Below, piece after piece: positions 36,285 through 49,485 of a stretch of 64,000 nucleotides of DNA. Positions within the stretch are counted from its first letter, which is position 1. Each line of letters opens with the position of its first letter. A program made the position numbers and the translations under genes. The notes under the pieces are model-generated. The model had not been told where the DNA came from. It saw only the letters and a program-made list of their open reading frames with translations, and did not search any database. The DNA is from Felis catus (taxonomy: Eukaryota): the NCBI RefSeq assembly GCF_018350175.1, contig NC_058368.1, positions 137,828,001 to 137,892,000 on the forward strand, in the 5' to 3' direction.

Positions 36285-38361
36285 GAAAATAATAACTAAG
36301 GGAAAATCCAGATTTTCAAAGATCAGGTTTTCTGCAACCACCATATATCTACAAAGGGAAAGGAAGGAAGAAAACATCCCTTTTCCCCAAACTGTGCTCT
36401 GGCCCCTGGAATGTGGAAGCGTTCACTGAGTCAGGGAGGCACTGAAGACTTGCTGTGTGGGCAGACTGGTCGTGGAAGTTTAGAACTGGAAGGTATCTTG
36501 CAAGAGTACTGTGTATCTTATTAAACATAGTGTGAACTGAGAGACTTTCTGGAAGGAGATTTCTCCCAGTGAAAGAAATGACTGTCTAAGTGAATCTTCA
36601 TTTCCATCTCTGTCTCCAAACCCGAGACATCTCCAGAGTTGCATCTTCTCCTGGAAGTATCACTCTTTGACTCCAACAGCCTTTGCCGTGCCTGGATCCC
36701 TGGAGCACTCTGTTTCTCCTTTACAATTCAGCCGGGGCACAAGTAAACCCTGTCTCTTCAGTGTCTCTTCATGCAGGTAAGAGCAGGCTGTCATTCAGAA
36801 AAGATTTAGCTGAATATGATGGGAGTACCCAAACAGAATATAGGCAACATCATTCATAGTCAGGTTTTCAAGGCTTGCAGAGAACTGTGAGTCAACATGG
36901 ATAACAGTGGGGGGGGGTGGCTAACACTACATCAAAAACACCCTCCTGTCCAGTGTCCTGACCATCTTTGCCAAGGCATAGCTCAGGGCATAGCTGTGTC
37001 CTAACCTCCGGGAGCCTGGCCCTCTCCTACCAAAGTGGAGCTTCTAAAGACTAAACAAAAGACACTAGTCTCCTGAGTCGGGCACTGGGGGGTTCCATGA
37101 ACACTCGCTATTAGCAGAGGGTAGAGTCTATTCTTCTTTGTTGTCCCCTTGCCCAACATAGTACTTGGCACATGTTGGGGTTCAATGTAATGTCTCCTGA
37201 GAGGAAATTCCAAACTTTTCCTCATACAAGCAATCAGAGCAAAGTCTTCCCACTTAATTCCAGCTTCAGATCCGAAGGCCATACTTTTCTCAAATTGTTG
37301 GGATTGTGATGACGGGCTTCATGACTTGAGTTAGCTGCCTCACCCACTTCTGGAGCACTGCAGGGCCTTTCTCTTAGGCAGAGCTCCTTCTTCATAACCT
37401 GGACAACTCTGCTTATCAGAGTTCTACAACCACATGTCCACGAAGCAGGAGTCCCCACACACTCCGAAAACAGGGGCTGACTCAGACTCCGCCCGAGATC
37501 AGCAGACCAACCTCTTCACTTGGTAAGAATGAAGCCGAGGCCCAGAGAATGAGGAGTAACTTTCCCAGGCTCTCATGGCCGGTCAGCGGCAGAGATGCAC
37601 CTGGGGAACAGCCAGGTCTGTGCTTCACCCCACTCCTCACTGCTTTGCTCCTCTACTCGTTTTTACTAGAACGAAGACCTCGGGGAAGCTATGGGAGGCT
37701 GCTTTCACCTGGGGCCCACAAGTGGCCCCCACTCTCCCTCTCCTGACCACAGAGTCTGATGGGCCTCTTCTCAGTTCCCAGATGCTGGACCACTCCTGTG
37801 TGCTCACCCAGAACGCTTGCACTTTAAGATGTAAAAACAGATACTGCCCAAGCCTGGGCTCACCTGTGAAGGCCTCTGGGCCCTGGAAGAACGTCAAGTT
37901 GTTTTCTATGGGGTCCCAGAGTATCAGAAAGCACCTGTTGAAAGTAATGCTGTCTTATTTGTGTGTGTATGTTTGTATTTTACTGTTTTCTGTTTCACTT
38001 GGGTTTTCCCTCCATTGGCCCACCTCCACCTTCCTGAATAAATATAGACAGGCCCTCTGAATGCCTGATCCCTAGGTTTTGAACACAGAGACCAGAAAAG
38101 CCTGTAACACCATGCCTTGGGGCTACCTTTACTGAGTATGGGCCCTGATACGTTGAAATTAGTGCTTACCTCTAGAGGATCAATATTGTATTAGAAAAAC
38201 CCTTTAATACTTACTCATCCAACTCTAAAAATAACATATGCTTCTTAGATCAAAATTAGGGGACTGGGGTGTATGAGAAAAGGGAGATAAATATAAAGGA
38301 GTCTTTAAAATATAATTCTACCGCCACTGTTAATGTTTTAGGGTATTTCTTTTCTACCTTT

Positions 38362-38390
38362 CTTTAAAGTTTATTTATTTATTCTTAGAA

Positions 38391-38443
<53 letters not shown>

Positions 38444-38562
38444 CCCAAGCAAGCTCCACACTCAGTGCGGAGCCTGATGTGGGGCTCTCTCAACCGCAAG
38501 ACCACAACCTGAACCGATATCAAGAGTCGGATACTTAACCAACTGTGCAACCCAGGTGCCCC
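38362..38562 (-). mobile_element. Older CanSINE with expanded (AG)24 at 38393-38440
   Basis: TSD tcttttcta(c/t)cttt starting at 38348 and 38563. Confidence 0.92.
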
Positions 38563-38578
38563 TCTTTTCTATCTTTTT

Positions 38579-38580
<2 letters not shown>

Positions 38581-38616
<36 letters not shown>

Positions 38617-38624
38617 ACACACAC
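38581..38624. repeat. (CA)n microsatellite
   Basis: Read directly. Confidence 0.95.
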
Positions 38625-40919
38625 AGAACTATCATACAGTTTCAGGGAAAGTGATAGTTAAGAATGAATCCAAGTCTCAGGTCAAGAATAGGCAGAAAAA
38701 GAGGCTGGCACATCCCAGGAACTGTTGGCACAGGTATAAAGATAGGAAATGAGAAAGCTTCATTTTTAAACTCAGATAAGGAAACAGCAGGTGGTATTCA
38801 TGTTATCATTGTAACTGACTCTTCTCAGTGGAAAAAAAAAAACGGTATCAATCAGCTCATTGGTCAGGATAAAACTCAGTGAAGCCGTGGCTCTGACTAT
38901 ATAGCCAGCTTCGGTTCTTTCGCTTGGCGGGGAACATGCCCCTTCTAAGGGTCAATGTGCTTGTCAGATGGGGCCATGGCAGAGCCCAGGGCTGTCGCTG
39001 TCTGAACACAGGAAGTCACATCTGAAGGGGAAGCTCTGGGCTGGCACAAGTGTGTTAACCTTTCGTCCATGTCGTCGGGTTTAATACGTTAACTTTGTAG
39101 TGACAGTTTCTTCTTTGAGCTCAGGGTTCATAAGAAGTGTTACTGGTCCTTGATGTTCCCAGTCGAGGATAGTAAGGAAAACAGAGCCCTGAAAGCTCAC
39201 ATTGAGTGAAGCAAAGACGGCGCTGGGGGGTCAGGCCAGGGCCCCACCTCCTCCCCAGCCCGACAGAACTGAACGGCTATTCATAGCGGCTGGAGCACTT
39301 CCAAGCTGTGAGTGTAAATTTACTTGTATCATCTTTGCAGAGAGGAACTGTGTAGTCCCTCGTGCCTCCCGGTTGATTCGGATCGACTGTTTATTTGTTT
39401 AGTCCTGTAATGATATTATCCACAGGGCTAGAGCCACACAGGGCGGAGGAGGAATTCCTGGAGGAGGGAGGCTGCCTGTGTTTACTGCCCTGTCAGCCCT
39501 TCACGACAAAAGACAAAAGTTGCTGTAATTTGTGTGTTCCCACACGCACGATCCATATGGACAATATCGAGTATAGGTGCTGAGGAAGAAAAAAAGAGGA
39601 TTCCCAGAAATCAAGATGCCAGCTGCCTTGTGAGAAATGCAGGGGCTCAGCGTGAGCCTCTGATTACACACCACACTTCCAGAGCTGGAAGGAATTCTGA
39701 GATGTTATCCATAAGCAGAGGAAAAAGGACCCATCAGCTCTTGACTGACTTAGGCTTTGTGTTGTCTTGGAGTTTGAGCCCTTTTTTTTTTTTTTTTTCT
39801 CTTTTTTTTTCTCAAGCTCAGCAGGTTTCTCATGACAAGGCCTATTCGGGGGGACCATGATTTCCCTTTTCCTCAGTACATTTATTTATAGCTTAGTTTC
39901 AGTGCAGCACTTAGCTGTGGGCATATTATCAGCGCCAATTCTAGTTCATCTCCTCGATGTCAGACTGAAACCCCTCAAATGTGCTGCCAGTTGGTTCCTG
40001 ATTGCTTTTCTGGAAGCTCTGCAGCTCTGAAAGCTTTTTACCTCAGGAACGTGCTCTCCATCCAAGAAACACACTGCTTGGAAGGACAAAATGAATCAAC
40101 ACAGTCAGCATTGTCACTCACTGGGTTGGCAAATGGTGCTCTGCTGAAGGGCAACCGTGCCCAACGTCCTCGACGACGGTGGGCCCGCTCTGGCCCTGCC
40201 ACGTGGACGCTACCATCACAGTTTGATCGGTGCCACCTGAGAGTGTCACACAACTGACTGATGCTCCGATGGTGAAGGGCCCTGTGGTGAGGGCCGAATG
40301 GAAAATGGGATGGATGGCTGCCACAGGCCTTGAGAAACAGCACTTAGGGACATGCCCACCTTGGCAGAGTGATGCAACACTGCTAGGTGCCAGGGGACTG
40401 ATGGCACAGCGGGCAACCTCGAATGACCCGAGCCCATGTTGAGTAATGGGCACGGCAATCGCGGATAACAGATCACAAATAGTAGCGGTCCCCGAAAGTA
40501 GCCATCTGAGGCTCCCAAACAATGTCATGACATTTCATGACATACGAGACGGAAAGGAATGTGAAGAGCCCCCTCTGTCTTCCTGGCTGCAGTATTCACC
40601 AGAGCAACCTCCTCCAACCGACACAGACACCTTCACTCTTTATCTAGTGAAAGCCAAACCGTGTATATGGAATAGGAAGGGATAAAGGGAAAAAGTGCTT
40701 AACAAGTGACCAAAGGTCCATTAGTCATCCTTAGTGCCCCACAATTCATAGAAGAGGTAGTGGTTGAGAGGCAGATGCTGCCGTGACCCGGTTTTAACGT
40801 CAGGCTGGTACCCACCAGTCCCTGCTTAGGAAGGAAAACCTGGAAGAATCACCTCACTTTGCTTACTGGGTGTGCATGGAAGGCAAGGATGGGAGGCGAG
40901 GGGAGAAACTTAGCCCAGA

Positions 40920-42080
40920 ACAAAGCAAACAACCCTATTAAACAGAGGGGCTGTTAATAAAAGCGAAAGAGAGACAGCGCGTGTATTTTTAACGACCAGG
41001 ACTAGGGTGCCCTGTGCAAACATAAACAGCTCCCTGCCTGCGGGGCCTAGACGACCTCCAGTCGTGGACTTTGGGTTCCCGGCCACCCCCTCCTAAGGGT
41101 GCCCGGTCCTGCCAAAAATCATTTACAAATAAAGAGCCCTCAGAAATGTGCCCTACCTTCGGCCAAGGAGGAGAACCTCTTTTCCAATAAATATTTGGCC
41201 GGCAAGGGGGGAGGGGAGCCAAGAGTAACAAAGGGAGCCAGCGGCCCGGGTTTGTTTGGATTGCCCGGCCGGCGCAGGAGCGGCCGGGCGCAGCTGACCA
41301 CGGGTACAGCTAGGTTAATTTCCACATGGAGCTGCAGAAACCCTATCCGCGGGTTGCGAAGCGTGGGTCAGCCAAGGCATGTTAATCTGTTTAGCATGTG
41401 CGCCGCGCGGAGGAGCCAGACCACCGGGGCGCAGGAGGCGCGGCCGCAGCCGCGCTGCTCCGGGGAGTTAATAAAGAGCTGAAGGCAAGGAAGGGTAGCG
41501 GGGTTGTGGCGGCTCGGAGCCAGCCGCGCCCGTGGGCCCCGGGGAGGGCGAGGCCGCCTGCTGCCAGCCGCTCGCGGCCCGCAGGCCCTCCCCGGCTCCG
41601 CGCGATCCAGAGGCTGAGCGAGCCCCGGGCCCGGCCGAGGTTGGGCGCGCAGCGGCGCGGGGCAGGGGCGCGGGGACCGGACCCGCGGGCCCTGGAGAGC
41701 CGCGCGGGCCACCCCCCCCCCCACGCCCCCGGAGCGCGGTTAGGGGGTGGGGAAGCCTCTTCTCCGCCCTCGCGCCGGTGGGGAGCAGGGGAGCGAGGGG
41801 TTAGCCGTTTAGAACATTTTTAACTAATCAAAATATTTGCTGATGAGTATTTATTTTTACAAGAACTCAGTTTGGCTGCAGACTTCCAGAGCAACAATAT
41901 GGGCTGCCGTATTAGGTTTGTGCCGCAGCCAAGTGCGGTTGGGCTTGTTGAATCTGCGCGCCAGAGATCACTCGCGCCGGAGATGTTTCCCTGTTCTGGG
42001 GAAGAAGCTTTCCCAAGACCGTCTTTCTGCAGATGGCGTTTAGAACACAACCACATGTCTCCCAAAGCACGGGAGGCTTC
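40920..42080. promoter_or_regulatory. CpG island 2, candidate developmental enhancer
   Basis: CpG-dense core at about 41240-41800 interleaved with AT-rich motifs: GCAAACATAAACA 41016-41028, AAATATTT 41189-41196 and 41831-41838, AACAAAG 41227-41233, TTAATT 41315-41320, GTTAATCTGTTTAG 41381-41394. Confidence 0.8.
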
Positions 42081-43583
42081 GTGGATTAGGTTTGGGCTGA
42101 ATGAGAAGAGGAATGCACGCCCTTTCCTAGCCAAGCAACAAAAGGGGAAACAGAGGGAAAGGTCCCAGCCTTGAGAAAGTAAAGCCAATGGCCAGAGGTT
42201 CCAGTGCAAACACAAACACCAGTGGATTAACACAACACGTCTACCTCAATACAGCCCTCTAACGTGCTAATCTTTCCCATCTCTTTTTCTTCCTCCCAAT
42301 ACTCGAGCAAGACTCACTTTTCACTTTACTGAAGCAAACTTGTTGAGTCTAGTCAAAATTGATTAAGCCATCTACTTCATTCAAGTCATTGCAGAGCGAC
42401 TGGCCACTATCCGGGAGAAGTCATGAAAGGTTGAGGTGAGTCAGGTTTGAAAACGGACTAATGAGGGTTCATAGTACATACACAGCCTTGGATGGCAAAG
42501 ATATCTGCAAAAGTACTGGACCATACTTTTTTAAATGCTCTTGGCTGAGAACTGGATTGAAATCTCCTACTTCATAGCAGTAATAAAGAAATTGGACTTA
42601 CAATTAAGAAAATAGGCTGCTCTTGCGCGAACTCCTAATAGTTAACGTGAACAATTTAACAATCCATTTGAGAGTGCTTCCTCGAAAAGACTCCTCAGTG
42701 GCTCTGCCTCCGGGAAGTTGGGCAGAGGTTCTTCTGGAAGGGGACCTGTAGGGAATCCCTGCCAAAAAGTGCCTGCAGAAAGTATAAATGAGCAGATTTA
42801 CGTGAAGTTGGATCAGAGAAGCAGAAAGGAAATTTGCCCGTCATGAAGAAGACGACTTCCCAAGTGCAGGATGGCAGAGACCGGTTGGAATGTATATACA
42901 GAAGAAAAATATCTGAAAAGTTCTAGAGATCCTAAGCTAAGTTATCACTTGCCAATGCAATCTGGTAGTTTTCAGAAGCAAACATAGTACTAGGATGATG
43001 AAAGCAAAATAAACTGTTAGGAACCAACAACCCACGTCTCCCTTTCTTCTGTATTAGAGTTTCTTGCTCAGTCTGGGGAGCCACAACCAAAGAGATTTGG
43101 CGAACGACGATGGTCTCCTTTCTCTCCCTTCTCTCTTCTCTACTTCTTTCACTGGCTTGGTTTACACTGGTCAGTAAGTGTCAGTGTCCTGATCTTAATG
43201 ACTTAATGACAGTTGCCACCTAATTTTGGGCCAAATACTCGCCAAATCAAAGTAGAATCATCTATGTCTCCAAGAAGTGTGAAAACAGCCTGTGGCTTCT
43301 TTTGATCAAAGAGATCCATGGCCCTGAATTTTAAACAGAAATGGGAAGACGGCACTAATGAAAATTACCTGCACTTTAGAGTATTTTGAAACTGGTTGGC
43401 AGAGATGAAGAGACTAAGGAAAGTAAATTTCAGAGAGAGAAAAAAAAATTGTAGCTGAGGAACTTAAATTCTTCAGAATCAAAGAAGTGAACGGGTGTCA
43501 GTATTTCCAACTCAGATTTCCTTTATTCAGCGACCCCAGCCAAAAGAGGACACTTTGCTCCTGCCCGTCAATAAAAAGGTATC

Positions 43584-43680
43584 GGGGCTCTTGGGTGGCT
43601 TGATTTTGGCTCAGGTCATGATCTCAGGTTTGTGGTCGAGCCCCGGGTCAGGCTCCTTATGGAGTGTGAAGCCAGCTTAA

Positions 43681-43716
<36 letters not shown>

Positions 43717-43800
43717 TCCCCTGACCCCCACCCCCCATCTGCCCCCCTCCCCCACTCCAGTGTGCACTCTCTCTCACTAAAATTTACAAAGAAAAGAAAG
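43584..43800 (+). mobile_element. Older CanSINE with an internal deletion
   Basis: ggggctcttgggtggct joined to tgattttggctcaggtcatg; gcttaagatt followed by (CT)n. Confidence 0.85.
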
Positions 43801-43907
43801 AGACATCAATACAGTGCCTGGATGTCCAGTAAGCCAAGGAGACTGCCTATCTGGAAAGTGGCATATTCCTATGCCCAAGCTGAGGCTTCTGATGCCCCCT
43901 TCTGCTC

Positions 43908-44175
43908 CATATGAGAGTCAGACTGGGCTGCTATAACAAAACACCATAGACTGGGTGGCTTACACAAAAGATATTTCTTTCTCACAGTTCTGGAGGCTGG
44001 GAAGTCCAAGATCAAAGTGCCAGTGGATTCAGTTCCGGGGGAAGGCCCCCTTCCCAGCTTACAGACTTCTCCCTGTGTCTCCACATGGACATAGAGAGTG
44101 AGTTCCAGTCGCTTTCTCTTCTTATAAGGACACTAACCCATCACAGGGGGCCCCCTCCTCATGACCTCATCTAAA
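43908..44175 (-). mobile_element. MLT1A-like LTR fragment
   Basis: gggctgctataacaaaacaccatagactgggtggctta...cagttctggaggctgggaagtccaagatcaa...cttataaggacactaa. Confidence 0.88.
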
Positions 44176-44401
44176 GCTCTACAGGGCAGCTGGAGAACTG
44201 GCAGGATGGGGCACAGGCTGGCAATCTCACCCTACCTTCAAGGCACAGGCCAAGACCCAACAAAGGGTCCACCTCCCTCTTTGAAGCTTTCTCTGTCTTT
44301 CTTTTTGAACCCCTCATTCCTCTTTTAAAATCTTTATGGCACTTATTTTTGTCGTCCTTGTTTATTTCCCAGCATAAGCTACTTTGGATTAGTTTTTTGG
44401 T

Positions 44402-44402
<1 letters not shown>

Positions 44403-44438
<36 letters not shown>
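44403..44438. repeat. T36 homopolymer
   Basis: Read directly. Confidence 0.95.
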
Positions 44439-44439
<1 letters not shown>

Positions 44440-44504
44440 ATGAGTGATATTACATGGCCCCAACTGGAATGTTATAGCAGTAACAGCAGTGACATGGTGA
44501 TGAC

Positions 44505-44730
44505 AGTAGTTAACATCGACTAGGCCTGTCTCTTGTGCCAGTGCTTTCCATGCATCGTATCATATAATTTTCACAATAAATCTATGAGGTAGGTATTATT
44601 AGTGCCCTTTCACAAATGAGAAAAACTGTGTTTTGGGGAGGTTAAATAGCTTATTCACCAGGTTAGTAAGTGGCAGAGCTGGGTCTCAAACCACTGGCCT
44701 CCTGAGCCTGAGCTCTTAACCAATGCACTG
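44505..44730 (-). mobile_element. MIR
   Basis: ctatgaggtaggtattatt...cacaaatgagaaaaactg...agtaagtggcagagctggg...gctcttaacca. Confidence 0.8.
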
Positions 44731-44749
44731 TCATATAAACCCCCTCTCT

Positions 44750-44967
44750 CTTTTTTTTTTAATTTTAGAGAGAGGGGGAGGGAGAGAAGAGAGAGAGAGA
44801 GCCAGCACAAGTGGGGGAGGAGCAGAGGGGGAGAGAGACAGAGACTCTCAAGCTGGCTCCACACTCAGCAAGGAGCCCCATGCAGTGCTCAATCCCATGA
44901 CTGAGACCAGGACCTGAACCAGAATCAAGAGTTGGACACTCAACTGACTGAGCCACCCAGGAGCCCC
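44750..44967 (-). mobile_element. Older CanSINE
   Basis: aatcaagagttggacactcaactgactgagccacccaggagcccc end. Confidence 0.92.
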
Positions 44968-47240
44968 TAAGCCCCTTCTGAAGCACACAGTGCTCCCACC
45001 AAATGTTTCTGGAGGGTGATAATGTAATATTTCATTTCAATTTCCCTGAGATTAAAAAAAAAAAAAAAACAACGAAAATTTGGGGATATTGACTCATTCC
45101 TTACTTAGAAAAAAAAAACTGTATTTCCAGTCTCTACAACATATTAATTCTTGTCCCCTCCCATTTTTTAAACTGAGGTGTTTTTCCATCACACATGACT
45201 TGATTCTGTTGTGCACCTTCCCTGAGCCTGCGTCATTCTGTTTTGCTGCAATGAGTGATTGATAGCTTTAATTTTTAAATGTATTAAACACCAGACTGGT
45301 GGGAAAATTTACTTACCCCATTTGTCATCCTAAAAAATTTAAGACTGATGAAATACAGAAAAAGAATTAGGCTTACATGGAACTGAGTTTCCCAAGGCCC
45401 CCAGTAGGTAGGTGGACCGGGGCAGGAAATGAACCCAAGGCTTCCTGAAGAGCTCCGAGGGAAGAGAGTGCAGAAACCCAGTTAAAATGCCCAATGGGTC
45501 TGGGAATGACCTCCTACTATAACAGTCCTTGGAGTAAGGGTTGAATAACCATCAATCAGACGAAAAAAGAAAAAAGAACGGGTCTTGATTAGCTCATGGG
45601 TCTCACGTCTATAAAATGGAACTGGTAAGACTGGTGCTTCTCTTCTAAATAAATATGCTGTCAAACTGAGGGGTAAATCTGGTCAAGTACCCTGGAGGCC
45701 TCCAAGGAAAGCACCATGGAAAAATTCTTTTCTAAAATGATGACGTCTCATTCCATCACCAGAAAGTATTTCTTCCTAAATAATGTGATTGGTGAACTGA
45801 ATAGCCTTTCACATCAGGACAGAGTCACGTCATTCAAATACGCCATTTGTCTAGGGCTCCAAACAGAAAAGAGGATCAATCCTCCAGAATTCCTCCAACA
45901 CCAAGTGCCCTTATGTGGGCCAAGCTTGCTTGGAAAGGAGGACAGAATGACGTTGCCCAGTGAATCCCCCAGCTTCACATTCCGAAAGTGTCCTATTAAA
46001 TGAGCCCAAGCAGTTGCTTCTGAAATCATAAATTCCAAAGACAATGAAAGTTGCAATCACAAGGGGTAACAGAAGCCAAACACATTAGGAACATGTTCCT
46101 TGAGCAAATAGCATAATTCCGGACACGCGGGAACACATGGTTTGCCTCAAACATGTTTCATTTTGTCATCGCACTGAGTGCACAGTATTTCTCTTTGGGT
46201 GCAAGAGTGATTGATTTCGTTGGGAGAATTGTTTGCAAGAACATGAAAGTTGCCAAAGCAAACACGTTGGAGGGAAGTGTGGAGAAGGGGAGTAAGAGTA
46301 TTTGGAGTAGATCTGGGTTTGGGAAGTTCATGCAGAGGTGAGACACTGAGATGTAGAACAAATAAAAACATTCTGCACACTTCATCTACATAAATTATGT
46401 TCAGAAATCCACTCTGTGTAGACATTAGCTGTGCAGCTACAACTCTCCCTAGTGTGCCTCCAGAATGTGGGCACAAGGCCAATTTTTAAGTGAATGATTT
46501 GTAACTTTTCCTCCACATAAATTAATCTATTAATATTTAAATCATCCTGATTTTAATCCACAAAAGTCATGTAGCCATTGTAAAGAAAAAAAAAAAAAAA
46601 CCTATAATCTATTTGTCTTTTATGATAGAATTCTATTACTGACTTGTATTAATAGATAGTCTCCAGTTATGTTGACAAAATGGAAAACATTAAGAATATT
46701 TCCTTTGATCTGTTTTTCTGCTATGGAAAAAAAATAAAAAATAAAAATCTACCTAAATAATACACAGCACCATTTACAACCATGTGATTTTGAAATATTC
46801 CTTTCGGTGATTTACTTTACATGCAAATGTTACATTAGACATGAGAAATTTTTTTAGCTCTTATCTGCCTCTAGGTATTAGCTTCAAAGGGGTGTAAATG
46901 TGTTATACTCACGCGGTCACATTACAAACCAGCAGATGAAATTTTTTGTTTACTCCATTAGCATTTTCTTTTTCATATAGCTATTCTTAGAGTGCAAAAA
47001 GACAACTTCTGAGAATTAGCAATAGACTATCTGAATAAACATTCTCATTTAAAGCTGATACTCTAACTACAAAATAAATCATTTTAAAAATGGGACTAGA
47101 GACTTTTGAAGTGACTCTGTAAAGACCCAGCACAGCTCTGTGCACAGGAAGGTTCTCATCACTCATGTTAAGGCACAGTCTCTCTCCCACCTCTTGTCCT
47201 TCCGCCCAGCTAGTACCTCATGGAAGGGCAGGAGGTCACT

Positions 47241-47755
47241 TGTATTAGCTATCTATTCCTGCATAACAAATTACCTCCAAACTTAGCAGTTTAAAACAAC
47301 AACATTTATTATCCTGCAGTCTGTATAGGTTGGGACTCGGAGCACAGCTTAACTGGACCCTCTAGCTCTGGATCTCTCACGTGGCTACAATCATCTCCAG
47401 GCTCAACTGAGAAGGATCCACTTCCTAGCTCATTCACAGGGCCGTTGGCAAGATTCAGTTCCTTGCTGATTGGTGGACTGAGGCCTCCCTAAGTTCCTCC
47501 CCGTGTGGGCCTCTTTGTTAAGCATGTCACAACCTATCAGCTGGCTTCAGCAGAGACAGCAAGCAAGGGGGCAAGAGAGAGGGACAGCAAGAGAGAAAAA
47601 GTGCCAGAAAGATGGAAAACACAGTCTCATACCCTGAGCATGGAAGTGACGTCCCATCGCTTTTGCTGCAACCCCTTTGATGGAAGCGCGTCACTTGGGA
47701 GATTACATCATTGAGAGCAATGTCAGAAGCTCTGGACATGTTCCTGGTGACTATT
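47241..47755 (-). mobile_element. MLT1 (F/G/H-like) LTR
   Basis: tgtattagctatctattcctgcataacaaattacctccaaacttagcagtttaaaacaac...ggatccacttcctagctcattca...ggaagtgacgtcccatc. Confidence 0.85.
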
Positions 47756-47802
47756 AGGGGTATACTTTGCTTGTATCTTAGGCCCCACTTTATAGTCTCG
47801 AA

Positions 47803-47950
47803 CAGTGGTTCTCACAGTGTGACTCCAGGACCAGCAGCATCACTTGGGACTTTGTTATGATTACAAATCCTTAAGGCCTGATTCAGTCCTATCGCATCAG
47901 TCTGGTTGATTCCAGATGATTCTGAGCACGCTAAAGTGTGAAAAGCATTG
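47803..47950. mobile_element. MER5A-like hAT MITE
   Basis: cagtggttctcacagtgtga...gaccagcagcatcacttggga...gctaaagtgtgaaaagcattg. Confidence 0.75.
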
Positions 47951-48614
47951 CCTTTAAAATGAAGGAAGCAGAGCTCATTTGGACCTCCCAAACTCTCTCT
48001 CGTAAGACCTAGATCTCAGTGATGTTAAGGTCTGCCCACGTTGTCAGCATACTCATAGCCGCTGATGGTTTTGTAATGATGGTGATTTGCAACATAAACC
48101 AGGAGACATCTCACAAGGTACCGCATATGGCCTAGCCAGAAGAGTTCTTTTGGTTTTTCTTTATCTTGGATTTCAGTGTTTCAATGTATTGCACCTAACC
48201 CCACAGGCTGGTACTTTGTAGGTTTTGGAACCACGGGAACTGGCCCACTTGAACAAAGTTTCACAACAGCTAATCCACGAAAAACAAACAAACCAAAAAA
48301 AAAAAAAAACCCTCATCTGGTTGTTTAAACACCAGATTTTTCAAGCACGTTGATTCTCTAAGCGAGTTCTTCTTGAACTCTATACCTGCTCTCAAAAAGA
48401 AAAATGCTTTAGTGGCCACAGGTGTGCTCCTAAAGTCTGAGGGGGTTAAGAAGGCTAATTCTATATTCTGGGTACTCCTAGTAGGAGTGCCATCTCTGAG
48501 GTGAGTGAGCATCATAGCTATGGACTGCTGTGGCAAAATCCCCACTCTTCCCCAGTCGTGTCCATTTGGTTTCTCTAACATCCCCTCAAACTCATCATCT
48601 TTGGGAGGCCTCCA

Positions 48615-48840
48615 TGCATTATGGAAAGAATATAGACTATGGGCCTGGAAGATCTGGATTCAAATCTAAGCTCTGCTACTCAGTACCTGTGTGATCTCAG
48701 GCAAATTACTTAACCTCTCAGAATCTTTATTTCCTAATGTAAGAGGCCAAACACCTATCTCCTTGGTTTAACGTATAAATTAAAAGTGAGAGGATACAAA
48801 AAGTTCCCAGAACATAGCAAGTATATAATAAATGTTATTC
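48615..48840 (+). mobile_element. MIR
   Basis: gatctggattcaaatctaagctctgctact...tgtgatctcaggcaaattacttaacctctc. Confidence 0.8.
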
Positions 48841-49449
48841 TACCTTCACCTCCCCTTGCTTCCCCTTATGCCTAGCATAATGTGTTGTACATCTTAGGCT
48901 TTCCATAAATGTTAGAGAATCCAGAGCTGTGTCCTCAGACAGGCTGGGCATTTTCAGGAAGTAGACAGTAAAGCACACAGTTAGCCAACAAATGTACTAG
49001 TCCACTGATGATGCACAGAGTGAGCAGATTCTTAATCTCTTTGTAGGGGAGATGCGCCTAAAGAATCATTCTGATTGTTTATATGATGTGTTGAATTTAT
49101 TAATGTGAATAGTTAACTCAACAACCCCATGTAATTGTATCGGTGATAGTGTCCTGTTCCATACAGCAGAGTAGTAATGCGTCTAATGACACCTCCATGT
49201 AGTAATGTCTAAGACCTGAACCGCTCCCTTGGCACATGGGTGGTGAATATGGGAAATGAGCTCCAGTGTTATCACCTGACACCTCTTTCCCAGATTTCTA
49301 TGGATGTAACCGAGTTTACCCCCCTACATATACTCTAATTTTGAAGAGCATGGCCCTATTTGGGCAACGCTATGGCCATATGCTGAAGAAAAAGCCAAAA
49401 TGACAGCTATTCCAATCCTATTGACTTACCATAAGTTGGTTGTATCGGT

Positions 49450-49451
<2 letters not shown>

Positions 49452-49482
<31 letters not shown>
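49452..49482. repeat. (CA)n microsatellite
   Basis: Read directly. Confidence 0.95.

Positions 49483-49485
<3 letters not shown>

Noticed and set aside
45705..45725. AGCACCATGGA as a REST/NRSE site (similar half-site near 63600)
   Set aside because: Only part of the 21-bp consensus matches; the right half is missing.
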